Of a stretch of 64,000 nt of DNA, positions 27,744-37,710 are shown piece by piece (the stretch's first letter is position 1; every line of letters begins with the position of its first letter). Both the position numbers and the translations under genes were made by a program. Below the pieces are notes generated by a model. That model was not told where the DNA came from, did no database searches, and was given only the letters and a program-made list of their open reading frames with translations. Origin of the DNA: Terriglobia bacterium (lineage in GTDB: Bacteria; Acidobacteriota; Terriglobia; Acidiferrales; UBA7541); contig JAIQGC010000001.1 in NCBI GenBank assembly GCA_020072805.1, positions 373 through 64,372 on the forward strand. The letters run 5' to 3'.

Positions 27744-30700
27744 ATGATACAGGAAGATCGAGCGTCGAGTCCGGTGACGGAGAAGGAGGCAGTGCGGCTG
27801 GCGCGGGAGATCTACGGGCTGGAGGCAGCGGCACGGGCGCTGCCGGGGGAGTACGACCATAATTTCCACCTGACGGGGGCAGGCCCCGATGGACTCGGGA
27901 CGAGCGGGGCGGGAACTGTATTGAAGGTGATGCATCCGGCGCGGGAGCGCGGGGTGGTGGAGCTGCAATGCGCGGCGTTGCAGCATCTGGCGCGGCGGGC
28001 GCCGCAGCTGGCTCTGCCGCGTGTGGTGACCGCGCGGAGCGGAGAGGCGGTCACGCTGGCGCCGCTGGCCGACGGAACGCGGCGGATGGTGTGGATGCTG
28101 ACGTACGTTCCGGGAAAAGTGCTGGCGGAGGCCAAGCCGCACACGGAGGAGTTGCTGGAAAGTCTGGGCGGGCTGCTGGGGGAGTTGAGCGCGGGGCTGG
28201 CGGATTTTGCGCATCCGGCGGCGAAGCGCGAATGGAAATGGGATTTGGAGCGGGCCGGATGGATTCGCGAAAAGCTGGGGCACATTGGCGATGCGGGGCG
28301 GCGCGAACTCGTGGAAAAAATTCTCGCGCGCTACGAAGGGGAAATTGCTCCCTTACTGCCCGGCCTGCGGCATAGCGTGATTTATGGGGATGCCAACGAC
28401 TACAACGTGATCGTGGGTCCGGCGTGGCCGCTGCCGCGCCGGGCGGTGAGCGTGATCGATTACGGGGACATGCATCACAGCGTGACGGTGGGGGAGCTGG
28501 CTGTGGCGGTGGCTTACGCGATTCTGGGGAAGAAGAATCTTCTCGGGGCGGCTGCGGCGGTGGTGCGCGGTTTTCATCGCTCGATTGCGCTGCGCGAAGA
28601 GGAGCTGGCGGCGCTGTTCGGGCTAGTGTGCACGCGGCTGGCGGTGAGCGTTGTGAATTCGGCGCACCGCAAGACGCTGAAGCCGGACGACACCTACGTG
28701 ACGATCAGCGAGGCTCCCGCGTGGGAGGCGCTGGAGCGCCTGGCGGGGATTGCGCCGCGGTTCGCGGAGGCGGTGTTTCGCGAGGCGTGCGGGTTTTCTC
28801 CCGATGCGCGGGCGGAGAAACTTTCGCGGTGGCTGGCGGCTAACGGAGCGAACGCAGCTTCGGTGCTGGATGCGGATTTGCGCACGGTACCCTGCAAGGT
28901 TTTCGATTTGAGCGCGGGCAGCCTGTTGCCGGGGGCCGATCCGCAGGCGAGCGAGACGGCGTCGCTGACGGAAAAGATTTTTGGCGAGATGAAGCGCTGC
29001 GGAGCGGTGGTGGGAGTGGGGCGGTACGACGAGGCGCGGCTGCTCTACAGTTCACCACTGTTTGGCGCGAGCGCGAATCCCACGGACGAGCGGCGGACGA
29101 TTCATCTGGGGATGGACCTGTTTGTACCGGCGGGGACGGCGGTGAATGCGCCGCTGGATGGAGTGGTGCACGCGCTGGCGAATCGCGCGGCGGCACAGGA
29201 TTACGGCCCGATGGTGCTGTTGCGGCACGAGGACGGCGACGGGGAAGAGTTTTTCACGCTGTACGGGCATCTTTCGGCGGAGAGCGTGGAGGGGCTGCGC
29301 GCGGGGCAGGAACTTTCCAGAGGTGAACGATTCGCGCGCGTGGGCGGCGAAGGCGAAAACGGCGGCTGGGCGCCGCACCTGCATTTTCAGGTAATTGCGG
29401 ACCTGCTTGATCTGGGCGCGGACTTTCCGGGCGTGGCGCGGGCTTCGGAACGCGGTGCTTGGAAGGCGTTTTCGCCGGACCCGAATCTGCTGCTGGGAAT
29501 TCCGGCAAAATATTTTCCGAAGAAAGAAACGGAGGCCGGGGAAACGCTGGAAGCGCGGCGGGGGCTGCTGGGAAAAAACCTGAGCATTTCCTACGGGCAT
29601 CCGCTGAAGATCGTGCGTGGGTGGAAGCAGTACCTGTATGACGATACGGGACGGGCGTTTTTGGACGTATATAACAACGTGCCGCTGGTGGGGCACAGCC
29701 ATCCGCGGGTGGTGCGGGCGGCGCAGGAGCAACTGGCGCTGCTGAACACGAATACGCGGTATCTCCACGACAACGTGGTGCGTTATGCGCGTCGGCTGAC
29801 GGAGCGCATGCCCGCGCCGCTGCGCGTCTGTTACTTCCTGAATTCCGGGAGCGAGGCCAACGAGCTGGCCATTCGCATGGCGCGGGCGCATACGCGGCGC
29901 GAGGACGTGATCGTGCTGGAGCACGCCTATCATGGGCATACCAACACGCTGATCGACGTGAGCCCGTACAAATTCGACGGGCCGGGCGGCGGCGGAAAAA
30001 AGCCGTGGGTGCATGTGGCTCCGCTGGCGGATGATTACCGCGGCGCGCACCGGCGGGGCGATGCGCAGGCGGGCGCGAAATACGCGCGGCACGTGGCCGA
30101 GATTTTCTCGCGCTTGCACGCGGAGGGGCGTAGCGTGGCGGCGTATCTGGCGGAGACGCTGCCGAGCGTGGGCGGACAGATTGTCTTTCCGCCCGGCTAT
30201 CTGGCGGAGGCGTATCGGCACGTGCGTGCGGCGGGAGCGGTATGCATCGCGGACGAAGTGCAGGTAGGCTTCGGGAGGCTGGGGACGCATTTCTGGGGAT
30301 TTGAAACGCAGGGAGTTGTGCCGGACATCGTGGTGCTGGGAAAGCCGATCGGGAATGCGTTTCCGCTGGCGGCGGTGGTGACCACGGCGGAGATTGCGGC
30401 GTCGTTCGCGAACGGAATGGAGTTTTTCAGTACATTTGGGGGGAATCCGGTGGCGTGCGCGGCGGGGCTGGCGGTGCTGGATGTGCTGGAAGAGGAGCGC
30501 TTGCAGGAGAATGCGCTGCGTGTGGGGAAGCATTTCATCACGGGGTTGAAGAGGCTGGAGGCGAAGCAAGAGTTGATCGGCGACGTGCGCGGGTCGGGGC
30601 TGTTTTTGGGCGTGGACCTGGTGCGCAACCGGGAAACGCGGGAGGCCGCGACGGAGCAGGCCGGGTACGTGGTCAATCGTTTGCGCGAGCGCGGGATTCT

Positions 30701-30836
30701 CGCCGGGACGGACGGGCCGCAGCACAACGTGCTGAAGCTGAGGCCGCCGCTGGTCTTCACCGACGCGGACGCGGATTTGTTCGTGGATACGCTGGACGAG
30801 ATTTTGGGAGAAGATGCGGCGCAGGCGCGAACCTAA
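27744..30836 (+). CDS. Fusion protein: APH/hydroxylysine-kinase-like phosphotransferase + M23 domain + class-III PLP aminotransferase/phospho-lyase
   Basis: Kinase GEYDHNF, GDANDYN and VIDYGD; M23 HLGMD, YGHL and PHLHF; PLP domain DEVQVGFGR and LGKPIGN. Confidence 0.88.
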   Translation: MIQEDRASSPVTEKEAVRLAREIYGLEAAARALPGEYDHNFHLTGAGPDGLGTSGAGTVLKVMHPARERGVVELQCAALQHLARRAPQLALPRVVTARSGEAVTLAPLADGTRRMVWMLTYVPGKVLAEAKPHTEELLESLGGLLGELSAGLADFAHPAAKREWKWDLERAGWIREKLGHIGDAGRRELVEKILARYEGEIAPLLPGLRHSVIYGDANDYNVIVGPAWPLPRRAVSVIDYGDMHHSVTVGELAVAVAYAILGKKNLLGAAAAVVRGFHRSIALREEELAALFGLVCTRLAVSVVNSAHRKTLKPDDTYVTISEAPAWEALERLAGIAPRFAEAVFREACGFSPDARAEKLSRWLAANGANAASVLDADLRTVPCKVFDLSAGSLLPGADPQASETASLTEKIFGEMKRCGAVVGVGRYDEARLLYSSPLFGASANPTDERRTIHLGMDLFVPAGTAVNAPLDGVVHALANRAAAQDYGPMVLLRHEDGDGEEFFTLYGHLSAESVEGLRAGQELSRGERFARVGGEGENGGWAPHLHFQVIADLLDLGADFPGVARASERGAWKAFSPDPNLLLGIPAKYFPKKETEAGETLEARRGLLGKNLSISYGHPLKIVRGWKQYLYDDTGRAFLDVYNNVPLVGHSHPRVVRAAQEQLALLNTNTRYLHDNVVRYARRLTERMPAPLRVCYFLNSGSEANELAIRMARAHTRREDVIVLEHAYHGHTNTLIDVSPYKFDGPGGGGKKPWVHVAPLADDYRGAHRRGDAQAGAKYARHVAEIFSRLHAEGRSVAAYLAETLPSVGGQIVFPPGYLAEAYRHVRAAGAVCIADEVQVGFGRLGTHFWGFETQGVVPDIVVLGKPIGNAFPLAAVVTTAEIAASFANGMEFFSTFGGNPVACAAGLAVLDVLEEERLQENALRVGKHFITGLKRLEAKQELIGDVRGSGLFLGVDLVRNRETREAATEQAGYVVNRLRERGILAGTDGPQHNVLKLRPPLVFTDADADLFVDTLDEILGEDAAQART

Positions 30837-30851
30837 TTCAAAAAGCACTAC

Positions 30852-30881
30852 TTGACAGAAGCGATAGCAGGCGGCTACGCT
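30852..30881 (+). promoter_or_regulatory. sigma-70-type promoter for dprA (-topA)
   Basis: TTGACA-N18-TACGCT, 9 nt before the ATG at 30891 (possibly a near-leaderless transcript). Confidence 0.5.
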
Positions 30882-30890
30882 CGGCGCGCG

Positions 30891-32018
30891 ATGGAGCCGG
30901 CCTCTTCCCTCTCCTGGCTCGCCCTCACGCTGACGCCGGGCATAGCTGCGCGGCTTTCGGCGCGATTGCTGCATCAATTCGGTTCCCCCGAAGCGATTTT
31001 TCGAGCGTCGCTGACGCATCTGGAAGCGTGCAACCTGCCCGCGCCTGTGGCCCAGGCGATCTTCCGAAAAGAGGCGTTTGGGCGGGCGGAAAAAGAGCTG
31101 GCGGCGGTGGAGAAGCTGGGATGCCGGCTGCTGAACTGGAGCGAACCGGAATATCCGCGAACGCTGCTGGAAATCTACGATCCCCCCGTGATGTTGTATG
31201 TGCGTGGGGATGCGCAGATCCTGAGCCGGGCGGCGATCGGAATCGTGGGCACGCGGCGGCCCACGCTGTATGGGGCGCAGATGTCCGAGCGGATCGCGCG
31301 GGATCTGGCGGTACGCGGGCTGGTGATCGTGAGCGGAATGGCGCGAGGAATCGATGCGCTGGCGCATAAGGGTGCGGTGGAAGCGCCGGGCGGGCTGACG
31401 GTGGGAGTGCTGGGGACGGGGATTGACGTGGTGTACCCGAAGGAGAACCGCAAGCTGTACGAAAAGGTGCTGGAGCGGGGGGCGCTGATTTCGGAGTTTC
31501 CGCTGGGGGCGCATCCTGCACCGGAGCATTTTCCGGTGCGCAACCGGATCGTGGCGGGGATGCCGCTGGGAATCGTGGTGGTGGAGGGGGCGCAGTACTC
31601 GGGGTCGTTGATCACCTCGCGGTTGGCGATGGAGTTCGGGCGGGAAGTGTTCGGCGTGCCGGGGAACGTGACGCAGGCGGTGAGCTTCGCACCGAACCAG
31701 CTGATCAAGCAGGGGGCCAAGCTGGTGACGGGAGCGGACGACGTGATCGAGGAGCTGCCCACGCCGGTGCGGGCGGCGCTGACCGGAGCGATGCAACCGG
31801 AAGCGGGGCAGCAGAATCTATTGATAGCAGCGGCGCTGGGGGAGAAGGAGAGGAAAATTTACGAATTGCTGAGCGTGGACGAGCCGAGGCAGATTGACGA
31901 CATCGTGGAGCGATCGGGCTTGAACTCCTCGGAGGTTCTGGCTACGCTTTTTGATATGGAGATGAAGGGGATCATCCGGCAGCAGCCGGGGAAGCAGTTC
32001 AGCAAGGCGTTTTTCTAG
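30891..32018 (+). CDS. dprA: DNA-processing protein DprA
   Basis: YPRTLLEIYDPP, IVGTRRPT, VSGMARGID, FPVRNRIVAG, GSLITSRLAMEFGREVF and a C-terminal winged helix. The ORF-track TTG at 30852 is the -35 box. Confidence 0.95.
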   Translation: MEPASSLSWLALTLTPGIAARLSARLLHQFGSPEAIFRASLTHLEACNLPAPVAQAIFRKEAFGRAEKELAAVEKLGCRLLNWSEPEYPRTLLEIYDPPVMLYVRGDAQILSRAAIGIVGTRRPTLYGAQMSERIARDLAVRGLVIVSGMARGIDALAHKGAVEAPGGLTVGVLGTGIDVVYPKENRKLYEKVLERGALISEFPLGAHPAPEHFPVRNRIVAGMPLGIVVVEGAQYSGSLITSRLAMEFGREVFGVPGNVTQAVSFAPNQLIKQGAKLVTGADDVIEELPTPVRAALTGAMQPEAGQQNLLIAAALGEKERKIYELLSVDEPRQIDDIVERSGLNSSEVLATLFDMEMKGIIRQQPGKQFSKAFF

Positions 32019-32127
32019 GATCTTCCGCAGCGCACCGCGCATTCGAAACCCCTGCAAGGTGGCGAGAAGGACACAGGGGCGGAGCGAATGCTCACCCTGA
32101 ACAAACTTACGGAGTTACAAAAGATAA

Positions 32128-34716
32128 ATGGCACGTTCGCTGGTAATCGTGGAATCGCCTGCAAAGGCGAAAACAATCAACAAGTATCTGGGACGGGAGT
32201 ACACCGTCAAAGCGTCGTACGGGCACGTGATGGACCTGCCCAAGAAGACCATTGGGATTTTGCTGCCAGAAACGCCGGGAGCCAAGAAGAAGCCGAAGAA
32301 AAAGAAGAAGGCCAAGGGCAAGGACGGAAAGCCGGTGAAGGAAGCGAAGGCGCTGCCGCCGGTGGTGGTGACGGCGGAAAACATTTTCGAGCCGACGCTG
32401 GAAATCATTCCCGGAAAAATCAAGGTGATCGCGGAGCTGCAGAAGGCGGCGGAAGGCGCGCCACACATCTACCTGGCGACGGACCCTGACCGGGAAGGCG
32501 AGGCGATCTCCGCGCACCTGATGGAAGCGCTGGCGACGAAGAAATCGGACAGAAAGAAATTCCGGCGGGTGATGTTCAACGAGATTACGCCGAAGGCCAT
32601 CAAGGCGGCGTTTGAAAAGGCCGGGGACGTCAATTCGAATCTGGTTTACGCGCAACAGGCGCGGCGGATTCTGGACCGGCTGGTAGGCTACAAGATTTCG
32701 CCGCTGCTGTGGGACAAGGTGCGGCGGGGACTTTCCGCCGGGCGCGTGCAGACGGTGGCGCTGCGGCTGATCGCGGAGCGCGAGGCGGAGATTCGCGCGT
32801 TCGTGCCGGTGGAATACTGGAGCATTCACGCGATGCTGGAGGCGGGGCAGCCGCCGCTGTTCGAGGCCAAGCTGGCCAAGTATCAGGGAAAAGATATCGA
32901 GGTCGGCAAGCAGGCGGAAGCCGAAGCGGTTGTGGCCGCGGTGGAAAAGGCGCGCTGGCAGGTGGCCACGGTCACCAAGAAGGAGAAACGGAGAAATCCG
33001 CCGCCGCCCTTCACCACGTCGAAGCTGCAGCAGGCCGCCTACAACCGGCTGCGCTACACCACCAAGCGCACGATGGGCATCGCGCAGCGGCTCTATGAAG
33101 GCGTGGAGTTCGGGCAGGAAGGCGCGGTGGCGCTGATCACCTACATGCGCACGGATTCGGTGCGGGTTTCCGACGACGCGCTGGCGCAGTTGCGGGAGAT
33201 GATTCCGCAGAGGTTCGGCGCGAACTACCTGCCGGAGAAGCCGAATATCTACAAATCGAAGAAGGACGCGCAGGAAGCGCATGAAGCGGTGCGGCCGACG
33301 GACGTGACGCGGACTCCGGAGGACGTGCGGCCGTTCCTCGAGGATGACGCGTTCAAGCTGTATCAGCTGATCTGGCAGAGGTTCGTGGCCTCGCAGATGC
33401 TGCCGGCGGTGTTCGACCAGACGTCGGTGGACATTTCCGCGGGCGACTACACGTTCCGGGCCAACGGGTCGGTGCAGAAGTTCGACGGCTATTTGCGGGT
33501 CTATCAGATGCCGGAAGCGGCGGGGGACCGCGAGGAAGAGGAGAAGGACGAAGAGGGCGCGGGGAAGAGTCTGCCGGCGATGACCGAAGGCCAGGCGCTG
33601 CGGCTGGAAAAAATCCGGCCGGACCAGCATTTCACGGAGCCGCCGCCGCGGTACACCGAAGCGACGCTGGTGAAGGACCTGGAAGAAAAGGGAATCGGGC
33701 GGCCTTCGACCTACTCTTCGATCATTTCCACGATCGTGGAGCGGGAGTACGTGACCAAGGAGCAGGGGCGCATCACGCCGACGATGCTGGGCGAGCGGGT
33801 GAGCGTGCTGCTGGTGAAAAGCTTCGAGGATATTTTCGACGTGACGTTCACGGCGCGGCTCGAGGAGGAGCTGGACGAAATCGAGGAAGGAACGCTGCCG
33901 TGGCGCACCTCGGTGCAGGACTTCTGGGACCGCTTCGTGCTGGACCTGGACAAGGCCGGCGGAGAGATGCAGTCGTACAAGGCGGGAATTCCCACCGGGC
34001 AGAAGTGCGAGAAATGCGGCCATGGAGAGCTGCTCGAGCGCATCAGCCGGCTGGGATTTTTTCTGGGCTGCTCGCGTTATCCGGACTGCGATTTTATTCA
34101 GGACCTGGCGCCGGAAATCGGCGGCGAGGAAGTGGAAAGCGAGAACACGGTCGAATACTGCGAGACGTGCGGCAAGGAGATGGCCATCAAGCGCGGGCTG
34201 TGGGGGCCGTTCATGGCCTGCACGGGATATCCGGATTGCAAGACGACGCGGCGGCTGGTGGCGGGAACGAAAAAGGCCCACGTGCCGGACGAGCCGCTCG
34301 AGGAAAAGTGCCCGGAGTGCCAGACGAATCTGGTGAAGAAGAGCGGGCGGTTCGGGCAGTTCATCGGCTGCCAGGCGTATCCCAAGTGCAAGTACACGCG
34401 GCCGATCACCATGGGGATCAAGTGCCCGAAGTGCGCGGACGGCGAGTTTGTGCGCCGGGGAAGCGCGGGCAAGGGCGGGAAGGGACGCCCGCGGGTGTTC
34501 TACGGCTGCTCGAAATATCCGGCGTGCGATTACACCTCGCCGCACATGCCGGTGGCCGAGCCGTGCCCCAAGTGCGGCGCGGCGTTCATCGTGGAAAAGC
34601 GGACCAAGGCGGGAAATTTCCGGTCATGCGTTGCGGAAGGATGCGACTGGGAGATTGTGCTTTCGGAAGGACAGCCGCAGGCGGAAGCGGGCGAGCCGGT
34701 GGCGGCGAAAAGCTGA
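32128..34716 (+). CDS. topA: DNA topoisomerase I with C-terminal zinc ribbons
   Basis: IVESPAKAKTI, ATDPDREGEAI, SAGRVQ, ITYMRTDS (catalytic Tyr), GIGRPSTY and five Cys4 ribbons. Confidence 0.97.
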   Translation: MARSLVIVESPAKAKTINKYLGREYTVKASYGHVMDLPKKTIGILLPETPGAKKKPKKKKKAKGKDGKPVKEAKALPPVVVTAENIFEPTLEIIPGKIKVIAELQKAAEGAPHIYLATDPDREGEAISAHLMEALATKKSDRKKFRRVMFNEITPKAIKAAFEKAGDVNSNLVYAQQARRILDRLVGYKISPLLWDKVRRGLSAGRVQTVALRLIAEREAEIRAFVPVEYWSIHAMLEAGQPPLFEAKLAKYQGKDIEVGKQAEAEAVVAAVEKARWQVATVTKKEKRRNPPPPFTTSKLQQAAYNRLRYTTKRTMGIAQRLYEGVEFGQEGAVALITYMRTDSVRVSDDALAQLREMIPQRFGANYLPEKPNIYKSKKDAQEAHEAVRPTDVTRTPEDVRPFLEDDAFKLYQLIWQRFVASQMLPAVFDQTSVDISAGDYTFRANGSVQKFDGYLRVYQMPEAAGDREEEEKDEEGAGKSLPAMTEGQALRLEKIRPDQHFTEPPPRYTEATLVKDLEEKGIGRPSTYSSIISTIVEREYVTKEQGRITPTMLGERVSVLLVKSFEDIFDVTFTARLEEELDEIEEGTLPWRTSVQDFWDRFVLDLDKAGGEMQSYKAGIPTGQKCEKCGHGELLERISRLGFFLGCSRYPDCDFIQDLAPEIGGEEVESENTVEYCETCGKEMAIKRGLWGPFMACTGYPDCKTTRRLVAGTKKAHVPDEPLEEKCPECQTNLVKKSGRFGQFIGCQAYPKCKYTRPITMGIKCPKCADGEFVRRGSAGKGGKGRPRVFYGCSKYPACDYTSPHMPVAEPCPKCGAAFIVEKRTKAGNFRSCVAEGCDWEIVLSEGQPQAEAGEPVAAKS

Positions 34717-34788
34717 GCGGTTCCGCAGCGACTGACTGCGCCCAACAATATTTAAACGGTCAGAGAAAGGCCTTCCGGCGCCGTGGAT

Positions 34789-35379
34789 TTATTTGGGCCC
34801 CGGCACCACATAAATTTCGTCGGTATAGGCTGCCAGCGGCGTCCCTTGTTTGATTTCGATGTTCTTGCCCTTCTTAAGCAATCCAATCGGCCCAAACAGA
34901 ACGGTCAATGCTACCGCTGTGCCTTCTTTTCCCTGTCCTTCTTTTCCCTTACTACCGCGCAGCCTCAGGCGCGTGTCGCCGACGAGCAAATATTCCAGAC
35001 GCATGCTCAATTCACCCGCATGGCCCATCATGCCGGCTTTCTTCGAGTGAGTGACTGTACCCACGGCCTTCGCACCGGCCTTACAAATCACTGTGTCTCC
35101 AATTTTCAGGTCTTGATCGAGGGTAAGATTTATGGAGTCCCCCTCGACCGCCGTTTTTGAACTTAAGTCTTGGGCAAACTTGAGGTTTACGTCACTGCCC
35201 TCCTTCAGGGTCAGCTTTTCGGGAGCCGGGGAAGCCTGTGCTAGCGCAGGCTGTGCAGGAGCCGCTGCCACAGGCGGTTTAGCGACTTCGGTTGGCGGTT
35301 GTGGTGGTTCCTGTGCCGGAAGGGCCGTCGCAGCGCAGAGGGCAAATATAAGGCTCCCCATAATGGTTGTATATTGCAT
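34789..35379 (-). CDS. Exported hypothetical protein (signal peptide, Pro/Ala linker, beta-rich domain) on an AT-rich insert
   Basis: RBS GAGGAG before ATG 35379. The codon usage is visibly more AT-rich than the flanking genes. Confidence 0.75.
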   Translation of the reverse strand: MQYTTIMGSLIFALCAATALPAQEPPQPPTEVAKPPVAAAPAQPALAQASPAPEKLTLKEGSDVNLKFAQDLSSKTAVEGDSINLTLDQDLKIGDTVICKAGAKAVGTVTHSKKAGMMGHAGELSMRLEYLLVGDTRLRLRGSKGKEGQGKEGTAVALTVLFGPIGLLKKGKNIEIKQGTPLAAYTDEIYVVPGPK

Positions 35380-35623
35380 GAAACTCTCCTCTCTATGTCT
35401 CAAGATCTAAAAATGGCCGTCGGAACATTCCCGTAATAACCCTATATATACTCTAAATCATTATGGAATGCATAGAGAGTATCATTATGCAACCTAAGGA
35501 AGGAAGGGATTATAGTGGGCAAGGAGGTGGCCTTCCGAATCCAGGTGAGGCGATTCGACGCACGTACGAGGAGGCGCTGGCCTATAATGCCAGCAGGGGC
35601 GCGGTGCGAGGGCCCCGGCGGGC

Positions 35624-36589
35624 ATGAAGAAGATCATCGGACGGTATCTGGAGTACATGCGGTCGGTGCGGAATTCGTCTCCGCACACGCTATTGAATTA
35701 CGGGCACGACCTGGAGCAGTTCGTGGCCTATCTGATGCCGCCGGGGACGCCGGCGCCGAAGTTGCAGGCGGTCACCCACCAATTGATCCGGGAGTTCGTG
35801 GGCCATCTCCATCAAGAAAAGCTGAAGAAAAGTTCGATCGCGCGGAAGCTGGCGTCGCTGCGTTCGTTTTTCAAATACTGCGTACGGGAGGCGCTGGTGA
35901 AGGAGAATCCGGCGCGGCTGGTGGCCACGCCGAAACTGCCCAAGCGGATAGCTTCGGTGCTGAGCGCGGAAGAGATGAACGTGTTTCTGAATCAACTGGC
36001 GGGGATGCAGCCGGCAGCGCCGGCGCGGCCGGCAAAATCGAACCGGCCGGACCATGAAGCGGGATTGCTGCTGAAGCGCGACCGGGCGCTGCTGGAGATG
36101 CTGTACGCGGCGGGCCTGCGGGTGAGCGAACTGACCGGGCTGAACCTGGCGGATATCGAGCGCAAGGAAAAAATGCTGCGGGTGCGCGGGAAGGGCGGGA
36201 AGGAGCGCATCGTGCCCTACGGGGGCAAGGCGCAGGAGGCGCTGGAAGCCTACTGGCCGGTGCGGGAGCAGTTGCTGCTGCAGGCCATCGGAACGGTGCG
36301 CGAGCCGCACAAGCAGGCGGTATTTTTGAATTACGCGGGGCAGCGGCTGACGCAGAGGTCGGTGGGGCGGATCGTGAAGAAGTATGTGCAGCTGGTGAAC
36401 GTCAACTGGGACATGCATCCGCATTCGCTGCGGCATGCGTTTGCCACGCACCTGCTGGCGGACGGAGCGGACCTGCGGGCGATTCAGGAGCTGCTGGGGC
36501 ACCAGTCGCTTTCGACGACGCAGAAGTACACGCACGCGACGATCCGGCAGTTGATGGATGTGTATGACAAGAGCCATCCGCACGCGTGA
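35624..36589 (+). CDS. xerC: Tyrosine recombinase XerC
   Basis: SIARKLASLRSFFKY, GLRVSEL, HPHSLRHAFATH, LGHQSLSTTQKYTH, and its position after dprA-topA. Confidence 0.9.
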   Translation: MKKIIGRYLEYMRSVRNSSPHTLLNYGHDLEQFVAYLMPPGTPAPKLQAVTHQLIREFVGHLHQEKLKKSSIARKLASLRSFFKYCVREALVKENPARLVATPKLPKRIASVLSAEEMNVFLNQLAGMQPAAPARPAKSNRPDHEAGLLLKRDRALLEMLYAAGLRVSELTGLNLADIERKEKMLRVRGKGGKERIVPYGGKAQEALEAYWPVREQLLLQAIGTVREPHKQAVFLNYAGQRLTQRSVGRIVKKYVQLVNVNWDMHPHSLRHAFATHLLADGADLRAIQELLGHQSLSTTQKYTHATIRQLMDVYDKSHPHA

Positions 36590-36694
36590 AGTGCGAGTGC
36601 CGGTTTTTCTTTCCGTGGATTTCGCCAATTATTTCCAGTGTCATTTGGTTTGCGGCGGTTGCGGTAACATGTGCGTTGCAGACACTTACAGTTG

Positions 36695-36739
36695 AGATCC
36701 TCCAGCCCCGATAGAAAACATCGGGGCTTCAGGATGACA
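36695..36739 (-). repeat. Palindromic repeat, TGTCAT...GGAGGATCT family (copy 1)
   Basis: Reverse complement is TGTCATCCTGAA-GCCCCGAT-GTTTTCT-ATCGGGGC-TGGAGGATCT. Same architecture as 62996-63049. Confidence 0.65.
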
Positions 36740-36809
36740 GCCTTAATTTAGCTTGATTGAATTTACTTGAGATTGTCTGAAAACCGCCAGGAAGCCGCTG
36801 GCGAATGGA

Positions 36810-37613
36810 GTGAATCGAACTGTGCGCACGCTAATTTCGTGGATGCTGATGGGGACGGCGGGAATTTTCTGTGGGTTGGTGAACGCGCCGGGGGCTGCGG
36901 CGCAGGACAACTACGAGATACAGGTGTACGGCTACGACCAGGTGCCGGCGAAGCACACGATGGTGGAGGTGCACAGCAACTTTACCATCAACGGGACGAA
37001 GACCAGCGACAACGGCTTATTGCCGACGCATCATGCGCTGCACGAGACGCTGGAGATCACCCACGGGTTCACGGAATGGTTCGAGACGGGATTCTATATT
37101 TTCACGTCGGCGCGGAGCGGGAACGGGATTGATTTCGTGGGGACGCATATCCGCCCGCGGGTGCGCGCGCCGGAGAAATGGCGCTGGCCGGTGGGGGTGA
37201 ATTTGTCCAACGAGATCGGCTACCAGCGGCGGGCGTTTTCGGCGGACACGTGGACATGGGAGATGCGCCCGGTAGTGGATAAGCAGCTGGGGAAATGGTA
37301 TCTGGCGTTCAATCCGGCGCTGGAGCGGTCGATCCACGGAGAGAACAGCGCGCAGGGATTCGAATTTTCCCCGAATTTCAAGGCAGGGTACGACTTCACG
37401 AAGAAAATTTCCGGGGGGATCGAATACTACGGGGCCATGGGGCCGGTGAGCGGATTCGATCCGCTGCAGGAGCAGCAGCACCAAATCTTTGCGGTGGCGG
37501 ACCTGAATGTGGGGCCGAAGTGGGAGATTAATTTTGGGATGGGGGCGGGGCTGACGGCGGCGACGGACCATTTCATTGCGAAGATGATTCTGGGGTACCG
37601 GTTCGATTTCTGA
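36810..37613 (+). CDS. Hypothetical outer-membrane beta-barrel protein
   Basis: Signal peptide, amphipathic aromatic-rich strands and C-terminal beta-signal GYRFDF. Confidence 0.65.
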   Translation: MNRTVRTLISWMLMGTAGIFCGLVNAPGAAAQDNYEIQVYGYDQVPAKHTMVEVHSNFTINGTKTSDNGLLPTHHALHETLEITHGFTEWFETGFYIFTSARSGNGIDFVGTHIRPRVRAPEKWRWPVGVNLSNEIGYQRRAFSADTWTWEMRPVVDKQLGKWYLAFNPALERSIHGENSAQGFEFSPNFKAGYDFTKKISGGIEYYGAMGPVSGFDPLQEQQHQIFAVADLNVGPKWEINFGMGAGLTAATDHFIAKMILGYRFDF

Positions 37614-37710
37614 TCCGTCCTGATCCGGCGGCCAAAATGGCCCGCGGCGCGTTCCGCGCCGGGCGAAAACCGTTTGCCCCTTCGCCGGGTATCGCACAAC
37701 CTAACGACAA

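Noticed and set aside
35464-35494. dif/pdif-like site GGAATGCATAG-N9-TTATGCAACCT next to xerC
   Set aside because: Each arm matches the E. coli dif arms at only about 7/11, and the spacer is 9 nt rather than 6-8. No matching partner site lies on the other side of the cassette.
35624-36589. XerC as the integrase of the tRNA-Pro island
   Set aside because: It is 24 kb outside the island, sits in the usual dprA-topA-xerC chromosomal context and has the host codon style.
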